Position numbers and translations under genes: made by a program | The notes under the pieces: model-generated | Told to the model about the DNA's origin: nothing | Seen by the model: the letters and a program-made list of their open reading frames with translations, nothing else | Database searches by the model: none | Source of the DNA: Terriglobia bacterium | GTDB lineage: Bacteria > Acidobacteriota > Terriglobia > JAJPHL01 > JAPKYU01 | Length of the DNA stretch: 64,000 nt | Assembly (NCBI GenBank): GCA_965206645.1 | Contig: CBDBKE010000003.1 | Coordinates: 672,001 to 736,000 of the forward strand | Direction of reading: 5' to 3' | Shown: one piece after another, positions 9,880 through 18,558 of the stretch | How the letters are laid out: each line of letters opens with the position of its first letter | Numbering within the stretch: the first letter of the stretch is position 1

Positions 9880-10968
9880 GTGCCTCGGGTGGCCTACAAT
9901 GAAACCCCTACAATGAAACCAATGAGTCTTGCTGGGCGAGTCGCGTGTGTTCTGAGTTGCCTCTGCTGCCTGCCCGGCTGGCTGTTCGCTCCTACGCCGG
10001 AACGCCCGGTAGAGCGCAATCCGGGTCGTGTTGCGGTGGACGCGGCGGCGCGTGAGCCGACGCTGCCCACAATCCGCGTGGACGTGGACGTGGTCAACGT
10101 CTTGTGCACGGTAAAAGACCGCAAGGGGAAACTCGTCAACACTCTCGCCAAAGAGGACTTCAAGATTTTCGAAGACGGGCAGCGACAGCAGATCCGCTAC
10201 TTCTCGCGCGAGACCAACCTGCCGCTGACCGTGGGGTTGCTGGTGGACACCAGCGTCAGCCAGTGGCGACTGGTTCCTGCCGAACAGGAAGCGGGGGAGG
10301 TCTTCTTTCGCCGCGTGATCGGATCGAAGGAACTAGCGTTCCTGATTAGCTTCGACACGCACGTGGACCTGCTGCAGGATCTGACGGGCAGCCATGTTTT
10401 GCTGCGCCGGGCGCTTGAGCGGTTACGGGTGAACTCTCCCACACCGGCGCCGGTGCCCACCTCCGGGGGGCCCTTTCCCAATCTGCGCGCGGGAGGCACT
10501 CACCTTTACGACGCGGTCTTTCTGGCCGCCCGCGAAAAGCTGGCTCGCGAGGTGGGACGCAAGGCCATTGTGGTCATCAGTGATGGAGAGGACCAGGGCA
10601 GCAAGGTAAAGCGGAGGGAAGCGATCGAGGCCGCGCAGAAGGCCGACGTCGTTCTCTACGGAATCCTGTTCCTCGACCCCCGCTTCTACAGCCGCTACAG
10701 TCGTGGAGGCTACTCGGGCGACCGCGCTCTGAGGAAGATGTCGGAGCAGACCGGCGGGCGCATGATTCGGGTGGAACGCAGCAGAAACCTGCCGGAGGCG
10801 TTTGAGGAAATCTCCCGGGAGCTTCGCAGTCAGTACAGCCTGGGCTACACCTCATCCAATTCGCGTCGCGACGGGAAATTCCGGAAGCTCCGCATCAAGA
10901 CCCGCAGCAAAGATCTCCGCGTCCAGGCCCGCAAGGGCTACTACGCCACCGGCGAGGAGAGTCCCTGA
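9880..10968 (+). CDS. VWA-domain protein (Acidobacterial VWFA type)
   Basis: Signal peptide, DTSVS MIDAS, SDGEDQGS, ELRSQYSLGY, ARKGYYA. Confidence 0.9.
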   Translation: MPRVAYNETPTMKPMSLAGRVACVLSCLCCLPGWLFAPTPERPVERNPGRVAVDAAAREPTLPTIRVDVDVVNVLCTVKDRKGKLVNTLAKEDFKIFEDGQRQQIRYFSRETNLPLTVGLLVDTSVSQWRLVPAEQEAGEVFFRRVIGSKELAFLISFDTHVDLLQDLTGSHVLLRRALERLRVNSPTPAPVPTSGGPFPNLRAGGTHLYDAVFLAAREKLAREVGRKAIVVISDGEDQGSKVKRREAIEAAQKADVVLYGILFLDPRFYSRYSRGGYSGDRALRKMSEQTGGRMIRVERSRNLPEAFEEISRELRSQYSLGYTSSNSRRDGKFRKLRIKTRSKDLRVQARKGYYATGEESP

Positions 10969-11033
10969 ACAGAGAACAGGTAAGAACGCAAACCGACCCT
11001 TCTTCCATATCTCCCTGTCGTCCTGATTCCTGA

Positions 11034-12257
11034 TCAGGCGGCACTCTTCAGTCTTGATTCGCTTCGTTCCACAGCCAGCGCAACTGCGTTACCCCCACCC
11101 AGGCAGAGCGCAGCCACGCCCCGGCGAGCGTTGCGGGCGATCATCTCGTGCAGCAGCGTCACCAGGATTCGTGCGCCGCTGGCCCCAATGGGATGACCTA
11201 AGGCCACGGCGCCGCCATTGACGTTGACCCTGGCGGGGCCCAGTCGCAGTTCGCGGATCACCGCCAGCGCCTGCACCGCAAAGGCTTCGTTCAATTCGTA
11301 GAGGTCCACGCCGTCACGGTCCCAACCGACCTTGGCCAGCAATTGATTCACCGCTTCCACCGGAGCCATCATCACCATGCGGGGAGCGATGCCGCTGGTG
11401 GACTGGCCCACCACGCGGGCCAGAGGGGCGCGTCCCAGTCGGCTCGCCACCGATTCGGAGGCCACGACCACAGCGGCCGCCCCGTCGTTCATTCCCGGAG
11501 CATTGCCGGCGGTCACCGTGCCGTCCTTCTGGAAAACTGGCTTCAGCCGGGCCAGCGCCTCGAGCGAGCTGTCCTCGCGCGGCGATTCGTCCTTCTCGAT
11601 GCGAACCGTTCGGCTCTTACTCTGCGGCACCTCCACCGGGACCATCTGCGACTCAAAGCGGCAGGCCCGCGTGGCGGCCACCGCCTTGCGGTGACTCTGA
11701 ACCGCAAACTCATCCTGTTCTTCGCGACAGATGCCATACTTCGTCGCCACCACTTCAGCCGTGATGCCCATGTGGCAATCTTCGTAGACATCCCAAAGGC
11801 CATCTAGGATCATTGAATCCACTAGTTTGCCGTGTCCCAGGCGCAGCCCGGAACGTGCCTTGGGAATCAGGTAGGGCGCGTTGGACATCGACTCCATGCC
11901 ACCAGCCACCACCACCTCCGCGTTGCCGGTTTGAATCGCCTGAACCGCCAGGCCGACGGCCTTCAGGCCAGAACCACAAACCTTGTTGATAGTCATGGCA
12001 GAAACTCGGTGGGCGAGACCGCCGCGGAGCGCCGCTTGCCGTGCCGGGTTTTGCCCCAATCCGGCGCTTAACGCGTTTCCCAGAATGACCTCGTCCACCT
12101 GCTCTGGCTCGATGCCTGCCCGGTGGACCGCCTCACGCACGACGGTTGCTCCCAGCAGCGTCGCGGGCATCGGAGCCAGGCCTCCCTGAAATTTGCCCAC
12201 CGGCGTGCGGACCGCGCTTAGAAGGACGGCTTGCTCCACGGAAGATTCTCTCTTCAA
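11034..12257 (-). CDS. Acetyl-CoA C-acetyltransferase (thiolase)
   Basis: [25 protein letters not shown]. Confidence 0.95.
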   Translation of the reverse strand: MKRESSVEQAVLLSAVRTPVGKFQGGLAPMPATLLGATVVREAVHRAGIEPEQVDEVILGNALSAGLGQNPARQAALRGGLAHRVSAMTINKVCGSGLKAVGLAVQAIQTGNAEVVVAGGMESMSNAPYLIPKARSGLRLGHGKLVDSMILDGLWDVYEDCHMGITAEVVATKYGICREEQDEFAVQSHRKAVAATRACRFESQMVPVEVPQSKSRTVRIEKDESPREDSSLEALARLKPVFQKDGTVTAGNAPGMNDGAAAVVVASESVASRLGRAPLARVVGQSTSGIAPRMVMMAPVEAVNQLLAKVGWDRDGVDLYELNEAFAVQALAVIRELRLGPARVNVNGGAVALGHPIGASGARILVTLLHEMIARNARRGVAALCLGGGNAVALAVERSESRLKSAA

Positions 12258-12360
12258 TCATTTTATCACCGTTCCGGAATCGCCCTGGCCCCTAGTACTA
12301 GTAGTCCCGGGTTCTGCGATGAGAAGTTCGTACTGCGTCAAAAATGTGCCTTCCGGTCTA

Positions 12361-12389
12361 TTGAAGGTCCGGCACCGGCTCCCTACAAT
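12361..12389 (+). promoter_or_regulatory. Putative sigma70 promoter of PilZ gene
   Basis: TTGAAG-N17-TACAAT. Confidence 0.55.
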
Positions 12390-12398
12390 GCCTCCATT

Positions 12399-12470
12399 CT
12401 TGATCGAGGTGCAGGCCTTGATCGAGGTGCAGGCCTTGATCGAGGTACAGGTCTTGTTCGAGGTGCACGC
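12399..12470 (+). repeat. 4 x 18-bp tandem repeat containing SD (CTTGATCGAGGTGCAGGC)
   Basis: Units at 12399, 12417, 12435, 12453; the last supplies the RBS for ATG 12473. Confidence 0.9.
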
Positions 12471-12472
12471 GC

Positions 12473-12859
12473 ATGATAAGGAAAGAAAAACGCAGCGCTC
12501 GCCGTTTTGAGTTGGCCTTGCCGGTGATTCTCATGGCGGAGGATCCGGAGGAGTCGCCCCGGACGGTCCATACCAGAGACATCAGCTCCGCGGGCGTTTT
12601 GCTGCACTACGACGAGGAAGTACATCCGGGGATGGCGATGGAACTAGTGGTGACCTTGCCGGAATTCGTCACCCAAGCCACCCCTGTGCGGTTGCGCTGC
12701 ATAGGCCGTGTGGTGCGGGTGGACCGCGGTCGTCGGAACCGGATGGGCGTCGCCGTGAAGATCGAACGGCACGAATTCATGCGCCTTCGAGACAAGTCCG
12801 ACCAGGGGGTTCTCCAGGACTCAAACGTTCGAACCACCCGTGCCGCCAGCTCTGCCTAA
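12473..12859 (+). CDS. PilZ-domain protein
   Basis: KRSARR (RxxxR) and DISSAG (DxSxxG) c-di-GMP motifs. Confidence 0.88.
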   Translation: MIRKEKRSARRFELALPVILMAEDPEESPRTVHTRDISSAGVLLHYDEEVHPGMAMELVVTLPEFVTQATPVRLRCIGRVVRVDRGRRNRMGVAVKIERHEFMRLRDKSDQGVLQDSNVRTTRAASSA

Positions 12860-13017
12860 CAGGGCCGGGCTGGTCAAAGAAAAACAAAAGCTTCCTTCGG
12901 CGAGCAAACAACCCGGATTTCCTTTTTGAAAACGCAGCGGCAACCTTCAGCTAACCTCCAACGTCAATATTGATACTGGTTGCAGCATCAATCGGAGCGT
13001 TTGGAGGCGTAAACCCA

Positions 13018-14346
13018 ATGGGTGAGAGCGAAAAACAGGGATTTCAGCTGTCGTTCAACCGATTTCTGCGAGTCGGGTTTCAGGGATCACGGGTGACTTC
13101 CAATGGTGGACTGATTCTGGTCCGGGAGTTGGATGAGCGTCTGGGATTCAGCGAACTCATTGACGAGCACCTGACCGATTCGCGGGCAAACAATGCTCGG
13201 TTTTCTTTCGCGGACTTGCTGCGGCAGTCGGTCTACAGTCGCCTAGCTGGATACGAGGATGTCAATGATGCCGAGCGGCTGTCGCAAGACCCGACCTTTC
13301 GGCCGATTGGTTCAGAGAAGACTTGGGAACGAGGCGCGGCGCTGACCTCCAGGTTGCAAACTTTCGAGACGGAGATGCTGGCGAAGGTGGAGAACTTCGT
13401 CGGGTTAGCCCGGATCAACCGGGAACTGATCGGAAAGGTCGAAGCCTTCCAGTGGCACTACCGAGCGGTGCTGGATATGGACTCAACCGAGATTCCGGTC
13501 TACGGGGAGCAGGAACAGAGCGCCTACAACGGACACTTCGAGTCCACTTGCTATCACCCGCTGCTTTTGTTCAATCGAGACGGCGACTGTCTGGCGGCCC
13601 AGCTCCGTCCGGGCAACGTGCACAGTGCCGAGGGTTGGGAGAAACTCCTGTTGCCCGAGATTGAGCGCCAGCAAAGAATGGGAAAAGAGATTGCGTTTCG
13701 GGCGGACGCGGCCTTTGCCAAGCCGGAGGTGTACGAGGCATTGGAGGAACGGGGTGTGAAGTACGCAATTCGCATCCCGGCCAACGATATTCTGCAGCGA
13801 GACATCGAAGAGCTACTGAAACGCCCCGTGGGAAGGCCCACCAAGAAACCGCTGGTCGAGCACAAGGGGTTCTTGTACCAGGCAGCCGGTTGGAAGACGG
13901 CTCGAAGAGTGGTGGCGAAAGTAGAGCATCATTCCGGGGAGTTGTTCCCGCGAGTGGGGTTCATTGTAACGAATCTGACGCTGCCGAATCGGGCGGTGGT
14001 GCGGTTCTATAACAAGCGCGGCACCGCAGAACAGTGGATCAAGGAAGGCAAGCAGGCGGTGAAGATGACGCGGCTCAGTTGCCACAAGTTCCGATCTAAC
14101 GAGGTACGGCTTTGGCTGACGATCATCGCCTACAACCTGGGCAACCTGTGGCGACGGCTAGTGCTGCCACAGAGAATCGAGAAATGGTCCTTGACGAGCC
14201 TCCAGCAGCGGCTGGTGAAAACCGGAGGACGGCTCCTAAAACACTCACGGTACTACTGGCTCCTGCTGGCCGAGGGCCATTTGACCCGACGGCTGTTTGC
14301 CAGCATGCTGGGGCGGATCGATGGATTGGCACTCCCGTCGGGATAG
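13018..14346 (+). CDS. IS1380-family transposase
   Basis: GYEDVND, LDMDST, RADAAF, YNKRGTAEQWIKEGK. Confidence 0.95.
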   Translation: MGESEKQGFQLSFNRFLRVGFQGSRVTSNGGLILVRELDERLGFSELIDEHLTDSRANNARFSFADLLRQSVYSRLAGYEDVNDAERLSQDPTFRPIGSEKTWERGAALTSRLQTFETEMLAKVENFVGLARINRELIGKVEAFQWHYRAVLDMDSTEIPVYGEQEQSAYNGHFESTCYHPLLLFNRDGDCLAAQLRPGNVHSAEGWEKLLLPEIERQQRMGKEIAFRADAAFAKPEVYEALEERGVKYAIRIPANDILQRDIEELLKRPVGRPTKKPLVEHKGFLYQAAGWKTARRVVAKVEHHSGELFPRVGFIVTNLTLPNRAVVRFYNKRGTAEQWIKEGKQAVKMTRLSCHKFRSNEVRLWLTIIAYNLGNLWRRLVLPQRIEKWSLTSLQQRLVKTGGRLLKHSRYYWLLLAEGHLTRRLFASMLGRIDGLALPSG

Positions 14347-14414
14347 CCTGGGCTACGGCACACAAGAAAACGATGCCGCTATCCCCCAGGTATGGAGAGT
14401 TGTCTGAAAAAGCT

Positions 14415-15643
14415 TGCCAGCTCAACCGGTCGATGCAACACAAGCGTTAAATCGTTCTGCCGGAGTTTCAAACTCCAGCGTCTGACGGGGCCGTTCGTTC
14501 AGCTGACGTGCCACCTTGTTCAGATGCGCCTGAGAGTGCACCGACAAGTCCGTTCCCTTGGGGAAGTACTGTCGGAGTAGACCGTTGGTGTTCTCATTCG
14601 AACCGCGCTGCCATGGACTCTGAGGATCACAGAAGTATACGTCAATGTCGGTCGCCAACGTGAACCGTCGATGCTCGGCGAGCTCCAGGCCTCGATCCCA
14701 AGTCAGAGATTTGTACAGTTCCGTCGGCAGCTTCTTCGCGTGCTTGATGAGCGCCGACACGACCGTCTCCGTTTTCTTGCTGGATACTTTCGTAAGCATC
14801 ACGTAGCGCGTATGACGTTCGACCAGAGTCGCAATGTGGCTGTTCTTCGATCCGGACAGCAGATCGCCTTCCCAATGACCGGGCACGGCACGATCTTCGA
14901 CCGAGGCCGGGCGCTCACGGATCGATACGATGTCGGTGATCTGTCCTCGTCCATGGCCTCTCAGACTTGCATGTCGGGATCGACGAATCGTCCGCTTTGA
15001 CCGCAGATGCTGCATCAGCTCTGCCTTCAGCGCACCGCGGGCTTGAACAAACAGGCTGCGGTAGATGGTCTCGTGAGACACGTGATAGGACGGATCCTTC
15101 GGATAGGCTCGTTTCAGCCAGCTGGCGATCTGCTCAGGCGACCAGTTTATGCTGAGCTTTCTGGCCACTACCCGTCGTAGTTGTGGATGCTTGACCAGCT
15201 GACACCGCTTCGGCCGGCGGGCCCTCTCCCCGGCTTGCTCATCGGCCTCCGCTGCTCGATAGTCATTATCGCCGCCATTCCGCCGAATCTCCCGGCTCAC
15301 CGTCGATGGTGAGCGACCCAGCAACCCGGCGATGGATCGTATCGATTGATGTGCCGCAATGCCTCGAGAGATCTCTTCGCGCTCCGACAACGTCAGTGCC
15401 CAACATGAACGGCGTGGTGGCCGAGGACGGATGCCTCCGTACGGAGCAAGCTGATGGTAAACAGACGATGGCTGCTTACAAAACACTCGTCCAATCGACT
15501 TGAGCGACTCCCCTCGTTTCCACCGATCCCACACCTCCTCCAGTTCCGCCAGCGTGTAACCGCGACGAGCTCTTTGCTTCATCCGCATACACTCCACCTC
15601 CTCCTTTCAAGGCAAAGTGTTGCGTCGATGGGTTGAGACCACC
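14415..15643 (-). mobile_element. IS30-family element
   Basis: Imperfect IRs (CTCAACCGGTCGATGCAACAC / GTGTTGCGTCGATGGGTTGAG) with 2-bp CT duplication defined by the intact IS1380 copy. Confidence 0.92.
14422..15597 (-). CDS. IS30-family transposase
   Basis: HTH (GRSPSTVSREIRRN), GHWEGD, LTWDRG, PWQRGSNENTNGLLRQYFPKG. Confidence 0.95.
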   Translation of the reverse strand: MECMRMKQRARRGYTLAELEEVWDRWKRGESLKSIGRVFCKQPSSVYHQLAPYGGIRPRPPRRSCWALTLSEREEISRGIAAHQSIRSIAGLLGRSPSTVSREIRRNGGDNDYRAAEADEQAGERARRPKRCQLVKHPQLRRVVARKLSINWSPEQIASWLKRAYPKDPSYHVSHETIYRSLFVQARGALKAELMQHLRSKRTIRRSRHASLRGHGRGQITDIVSIRERPASVEDRAVPGHWEGDLLSGSKNSHIATLVERHTRYVMLTKVSSKKTETVVSALIKHAKKLPTELYKSLTWDRGLELAEHRRFTLATDIDVYFCDPQSPWQRGSNENTNGLLRQYFPKGTDLSVHSQAHLNKVARQLNERPRQTLEFETPAERFNACVASTG

Positions 15644-15790
15644 CTGGGTTTGGATGCTGATTGGACGGTTTTAGGGGACCCCGAAAGGGACGCTCGGAGC
15701 CGATGGTCCTCTCGGAGAAAACATTGTACTCGCTGGGACGCAGATGCGTGTATATTTTCAATCGCCGGAAGGCCGAAAAGGAAATTCCGG

Positions 15791-15928
15791 ATAAAGCCTA
15801 TCGTAGGCTATCGTCCGATAAGTTCTCACGGACACCGGCGGCATATCTGGATCTTAATCGACCCCGAGATCGATACCCTCTCGATCCGGAACGGGTTGGA
15901 GGTGCGCTTCAACTATTGGAGTGCCTAA
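15791..15928 (+). pseudogene. Possible 3' remnant of a gene truncated by IS1380
   Basis: Open frame running from the IS end to ...LEVRFNYWSA*, with no start. Confidence 0.35.
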
Positions 15929-15957
15929 TCCCTGGGTAGCGAACGCGAAACTGTCTA

Positions 15958-16587
15958 ATGCCTCATAAACAGGTCAACGCGACGGCCAAACCATCAAGCG
16001 ATTTGGTTTCCTCCGTGCCTACGCGCTGTCCCTGGCCCAAAGACAACCAGCTGATGATTCAGTACCACGATCAGGAGTGGGGCTCACCCCTGCACGACGA
16101 CCAAAGGCTGTTCGAGTACATCGTGCTCGACGGCATGCAGGCAGGCCTGAGCTGGCAGACGATCATCAACAAGCGCGAGAACTTCCGCCGGGCTTTCCAC
16201 GATTTCGACCCCCGGCGTGTCGCCAGGTATACCGCCAGAGATCACGCGCGCCTCCTTGCCGATGCTGGCATCATCCGCAACCGTGCGAAGGTGGCCGCTG
16301 CAATCGTCAACGCCCAGCACTTCCTCAAGGTACAGGAAGAGCACAGGACCTTCGACCGTTACATCTGGCAATTCACACGCGGCAAGACAATCAACCACCG
16401 GCTCAGGAGCATGGCCGACTGTCCGACAGTCTCGGCCGAGGCCGTGGCCATGAGCAAAGACCTCGTCAGGCGCGGCTTCAAGTTCGTCGGGCCGACGATT
16501 TGCTACGCGTTCATGCAGGCGGCCGGCATGGTCAACGATCACATGGTCCGATGTTTCAGATATCGGGAGCTCGCGCAGTCGCGGTAG
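15958..16587 (+). CDS. tag: DNA-3-methyladenine glycosylase I
   Basis: RCPW, YHDQEWG, QAGLSW, IIRNRAK, FVGPTICYAFMQAAGMVNDH...C. Confidence 0.95.
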   Translation: MPHKQVNATAKPSSDLVSSVPTRCPWPKDNQLMIQYHDQEWGSPLHDDQRLFEYIVLDGMQAGLSWQTIINKRENFRRAFHDFDPRRVARYTARDHARLLADAGIIRNRAKVAAAIVNAQHFLKVQEEHRTFDRYIWQFTRGKTINHRLRSMADCPTVSAEAVAMSKDLVRRGFKFVGPTICYAFMQAAGMVNDHMVRCFRYRELAQSR

Positions 16588-16608
16588 CTCGGGCCCTATC
16601 CAGGCGGC

Positions 16609-16740
16609 TCACTCCACGCCGAACGCCAGCAGCACGACCGTGCCCACCGCGATGAACCGCACGCCCACCGGCACCCGCCGCAGGTCGGACGCCGCGATGA
16701 AGGCTTCGTAGCCTTCACTCACGATGTAGCTCATGTTCAT
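16609..16740 (-). CDS. 43-aa hypothetical or truncated remnant (MNMSYIVSEGYEAF...)
   Basis: AAGGAGA SD directly upstream; follows the ssDNA-binding-like gene. Confidence 0.35.
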   Translation of the reverse strand: MNMSYIVSEGYEAFIAASDLRRVPVGVRFIAVGTVVLLAFGVE

Positions 16741-16812
16741 TCTCCTTGTCGAAGGATCGGGGAGCGGCGGGGACCAAGACCGGCCCCGCCGCTCTCTGAT
16801 GCCTGCCGCACA

Positions 16813-17061
16813 CTAGGACTCCGCCTCCGGTTCTTCTTCCTGCTGAAGCTCGAAGATGCGCGAGTGGGCCTGATCGGCCATTTTGGCAAGCACCAACAGG
16901 TCGTTGCGACCGAAGCTCTGCGTCCTCTTCCATTCATCACCGTCCTTGTAGAGGCGGGAGAAGGTGACGTTGTGCCTCATGCGGCCTTCGGTTTCGTTAC
17001 TCCAAATCGCCGCCTTGACACGACCGATACGGACTTCAGTAACGGGTTTAGGGTTAGCCAT
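16813..17061 (-). CDS. Small mobile-element protein, probable PC4-like ssDNA binder
   Basis: AGGAGG SD; VKAAIW.N...VTFSRLYKDGDEWK.TQSF...DL pattern; acidic tail. Confidence 0.7.
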   Translation of the reverse strand: MANPKPVTEVRIGRVKAAIWSNETEGRMRHNVTFSRLYKDGDEWKRTQSFGRNDLLVLAKMADQAHSRIFELQQEEEPEAES

Positions 17062-17517
17062 GATGTGTTTCCTCCTGAACGTTTAAGGGTTTGTGAGCGT
17101 TTCTGCTCACCCCCGAATGGCGGAAACGGCCAAACCCTGACGCGGGAGGAACAGCGCCGCCGAAGCCAGCGACGGGCAGGGCCGACAAGGGCACGAGCGA
17201 GTGCCGGACACCCCCAGGTGAGGGAACCGTTCTGGCGCGAGCCGTGCGTCGGAACCAACCGGAATCGGTGAAGGCCAGCGGTAAATGGCGCAACCCAGAC
17301 CCGTTCTCCGGTCGGCGGCGGCAAGCCAGATTGGCGCATCGCCCGCGCCAACGTCACCGGGTCGCGTCCGCTATCGCTCGATGAATGGAGCACGGAGCGC
17401 CCGGTGCAACCGGCTCCTTGCCAAAGTGAACGGTGCTGCCGCGATTTCGTGGGGAGGACTGCCTGGTGACAAGGTGTGAATAAACTGTGTAAGGACTTGC
17501 GAGGACCGATTTACGAC

Positions 17518-17540
17518 CGTGACAAAACCGTGACAAAACC
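17518..17540. repeat. Tandem 11-bp repeat CCGTGACAAAA, putative integrase arm sites
   Basis: Two direct copies about 100 bp from the broken tRNA junction. Confidence 0.6.
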
Positions 17541-17640
17541 CCCGAATCTGAGTCGGTTGGGATTAGCTTTGAGCGAAAAGCAGAGTCCCTAAGTTATTGA
17601 ACAATATAGAAGCAGATAGACGCAATAGAGAGGAGTTCAG

Positions 17641-17682
17641 TGCTTGTAAGGCAGGCGCTCTGACCAACTGAGCTAACCGCCC
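17641..17682 (-). pseudogene. 5' half of tRNA-Val(TAC), att junction
   Basis: GGGCGGTTAGCTCAGTTGGTCAGAGCGCCTGCCTTACAAGCA followed by non-tRNA sequence; no T arm or 3' acceptor strand. Confidence 0.88.
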
Positions 17683-17800
17683 GGGAGCATTCGGCGACTA
17701 CAAAGGCAAATCCTACCATAAGTTACGGACGCCCACCAGGAGCAGCTTGCCGCTCCCCGAGCGAGAACCCGCTGAGCTGGCCTTCACAGTAAGATTTCTC

Positions 17801-17907
17801 TTGCATTCGCCACTTCTGTGGGGTATAAGAGGAGTACCCACCAAGCGGGGGACGGGCTCATCTCGCCTAACTAGACTTGACCGCTGCCCGTCCCCTTTTT
17901 CTTTTTT
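17801..17907 (+). ncRNA. Candidate sRNA of about 70 nt with promoter
   Basis: TTGCAT-N17-TATAAG, then GGGGACGGGC...GCCCGTCCCC stem and long T tract. Confidence 0.45.
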
Positions 17908-18148
17908 GCCATTCCAGGTGTTGCGCGGCGACGAGAACTTTTCGCGGTGGCGATGCGGTACGCTGCCCTTCCAAAGTCTACAAACTAATTTGCCAATCCT
18001 GCGGTAGAAAGAGTGGGCTGGTTTGTTGTATTGTCAATCCCTTGTAACAGCAGTCGCAACCCGGAATCCCGAGGCATACTGGCGCCCTCCGTGTGGGCAT
18101 ATTCGCATCGGTAATGACCGACGGAAGGCATCGTGAGGGGAGCAAGCA

Positions 18149-18346
18149 ATGGTCAGTGGAGAACTGATTCGTCTAAAAACTCTGGTGGATGATTGCAGCC
18201 GCATGGCACGCATCATCCAGCGCGAATACCCGCGTCTGGACCCCAGCGAACAGGTCGAACTGGCCGAGTACATTCGGAAACACGCGCCTAGGTTAGACGA
18301 CGTGATTGGCCCTGCCCCGGCTTCGAACCAAACACCGCAAAGCTGA
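18149..18346 (+). CDS. 65-aa hypothetical protein
   Basis: GAGGGGGAG SD; amphipathic helical sequence. Confidence 0.5.
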   Translation: MVSGELIRLKTLVDDCSRMARIIQREYPRLDPSEQVELAEYIRKHAPRLDDVIGPAPASNQTPQS

Positions 18347-18558
18347 GAGGTCACCACGGATGGCAGTTTCACTCACGAAGCCAGCTAGCCACGAAGCCAA
18401 CTAGAGGGATACACCGCGCCGCGCTCCCGGCCACAGCAGGCAGAATCCGGTGAGCGGCAACCCCAGCCTTGAGACAGCCTCGCTCATGTCCACCCGCAGC
18501 CGAATTTCATCGGGCGAGTAGGCCAGCCAGACTGTTGCTGGGATGTTTTCTCAAACTT

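Larger units (their letters stand above)
12912..15790 (+). mobile_element. IS1380-family element copy 1, interrupted by IS30
   Basis: Ends CCCGGATTTCCTTTT / AAAAGGAAATTCCGG; near-identical to 61799-63446 once 14415-15643 is removed. Confidence 0.92.

Noticed and set aside
12399-12470. CRISPR-like repeats
   Set aside because: Units are contiguous with no spacers, and no cas genes are present
17560-17682. Intron-containing or permuted tRNA-Val
   Set aside because: Break lies in the 3' anticodon stem, no group I core or 3' exon was found, and GCCCACCA at about 17731 is on the opposite strand
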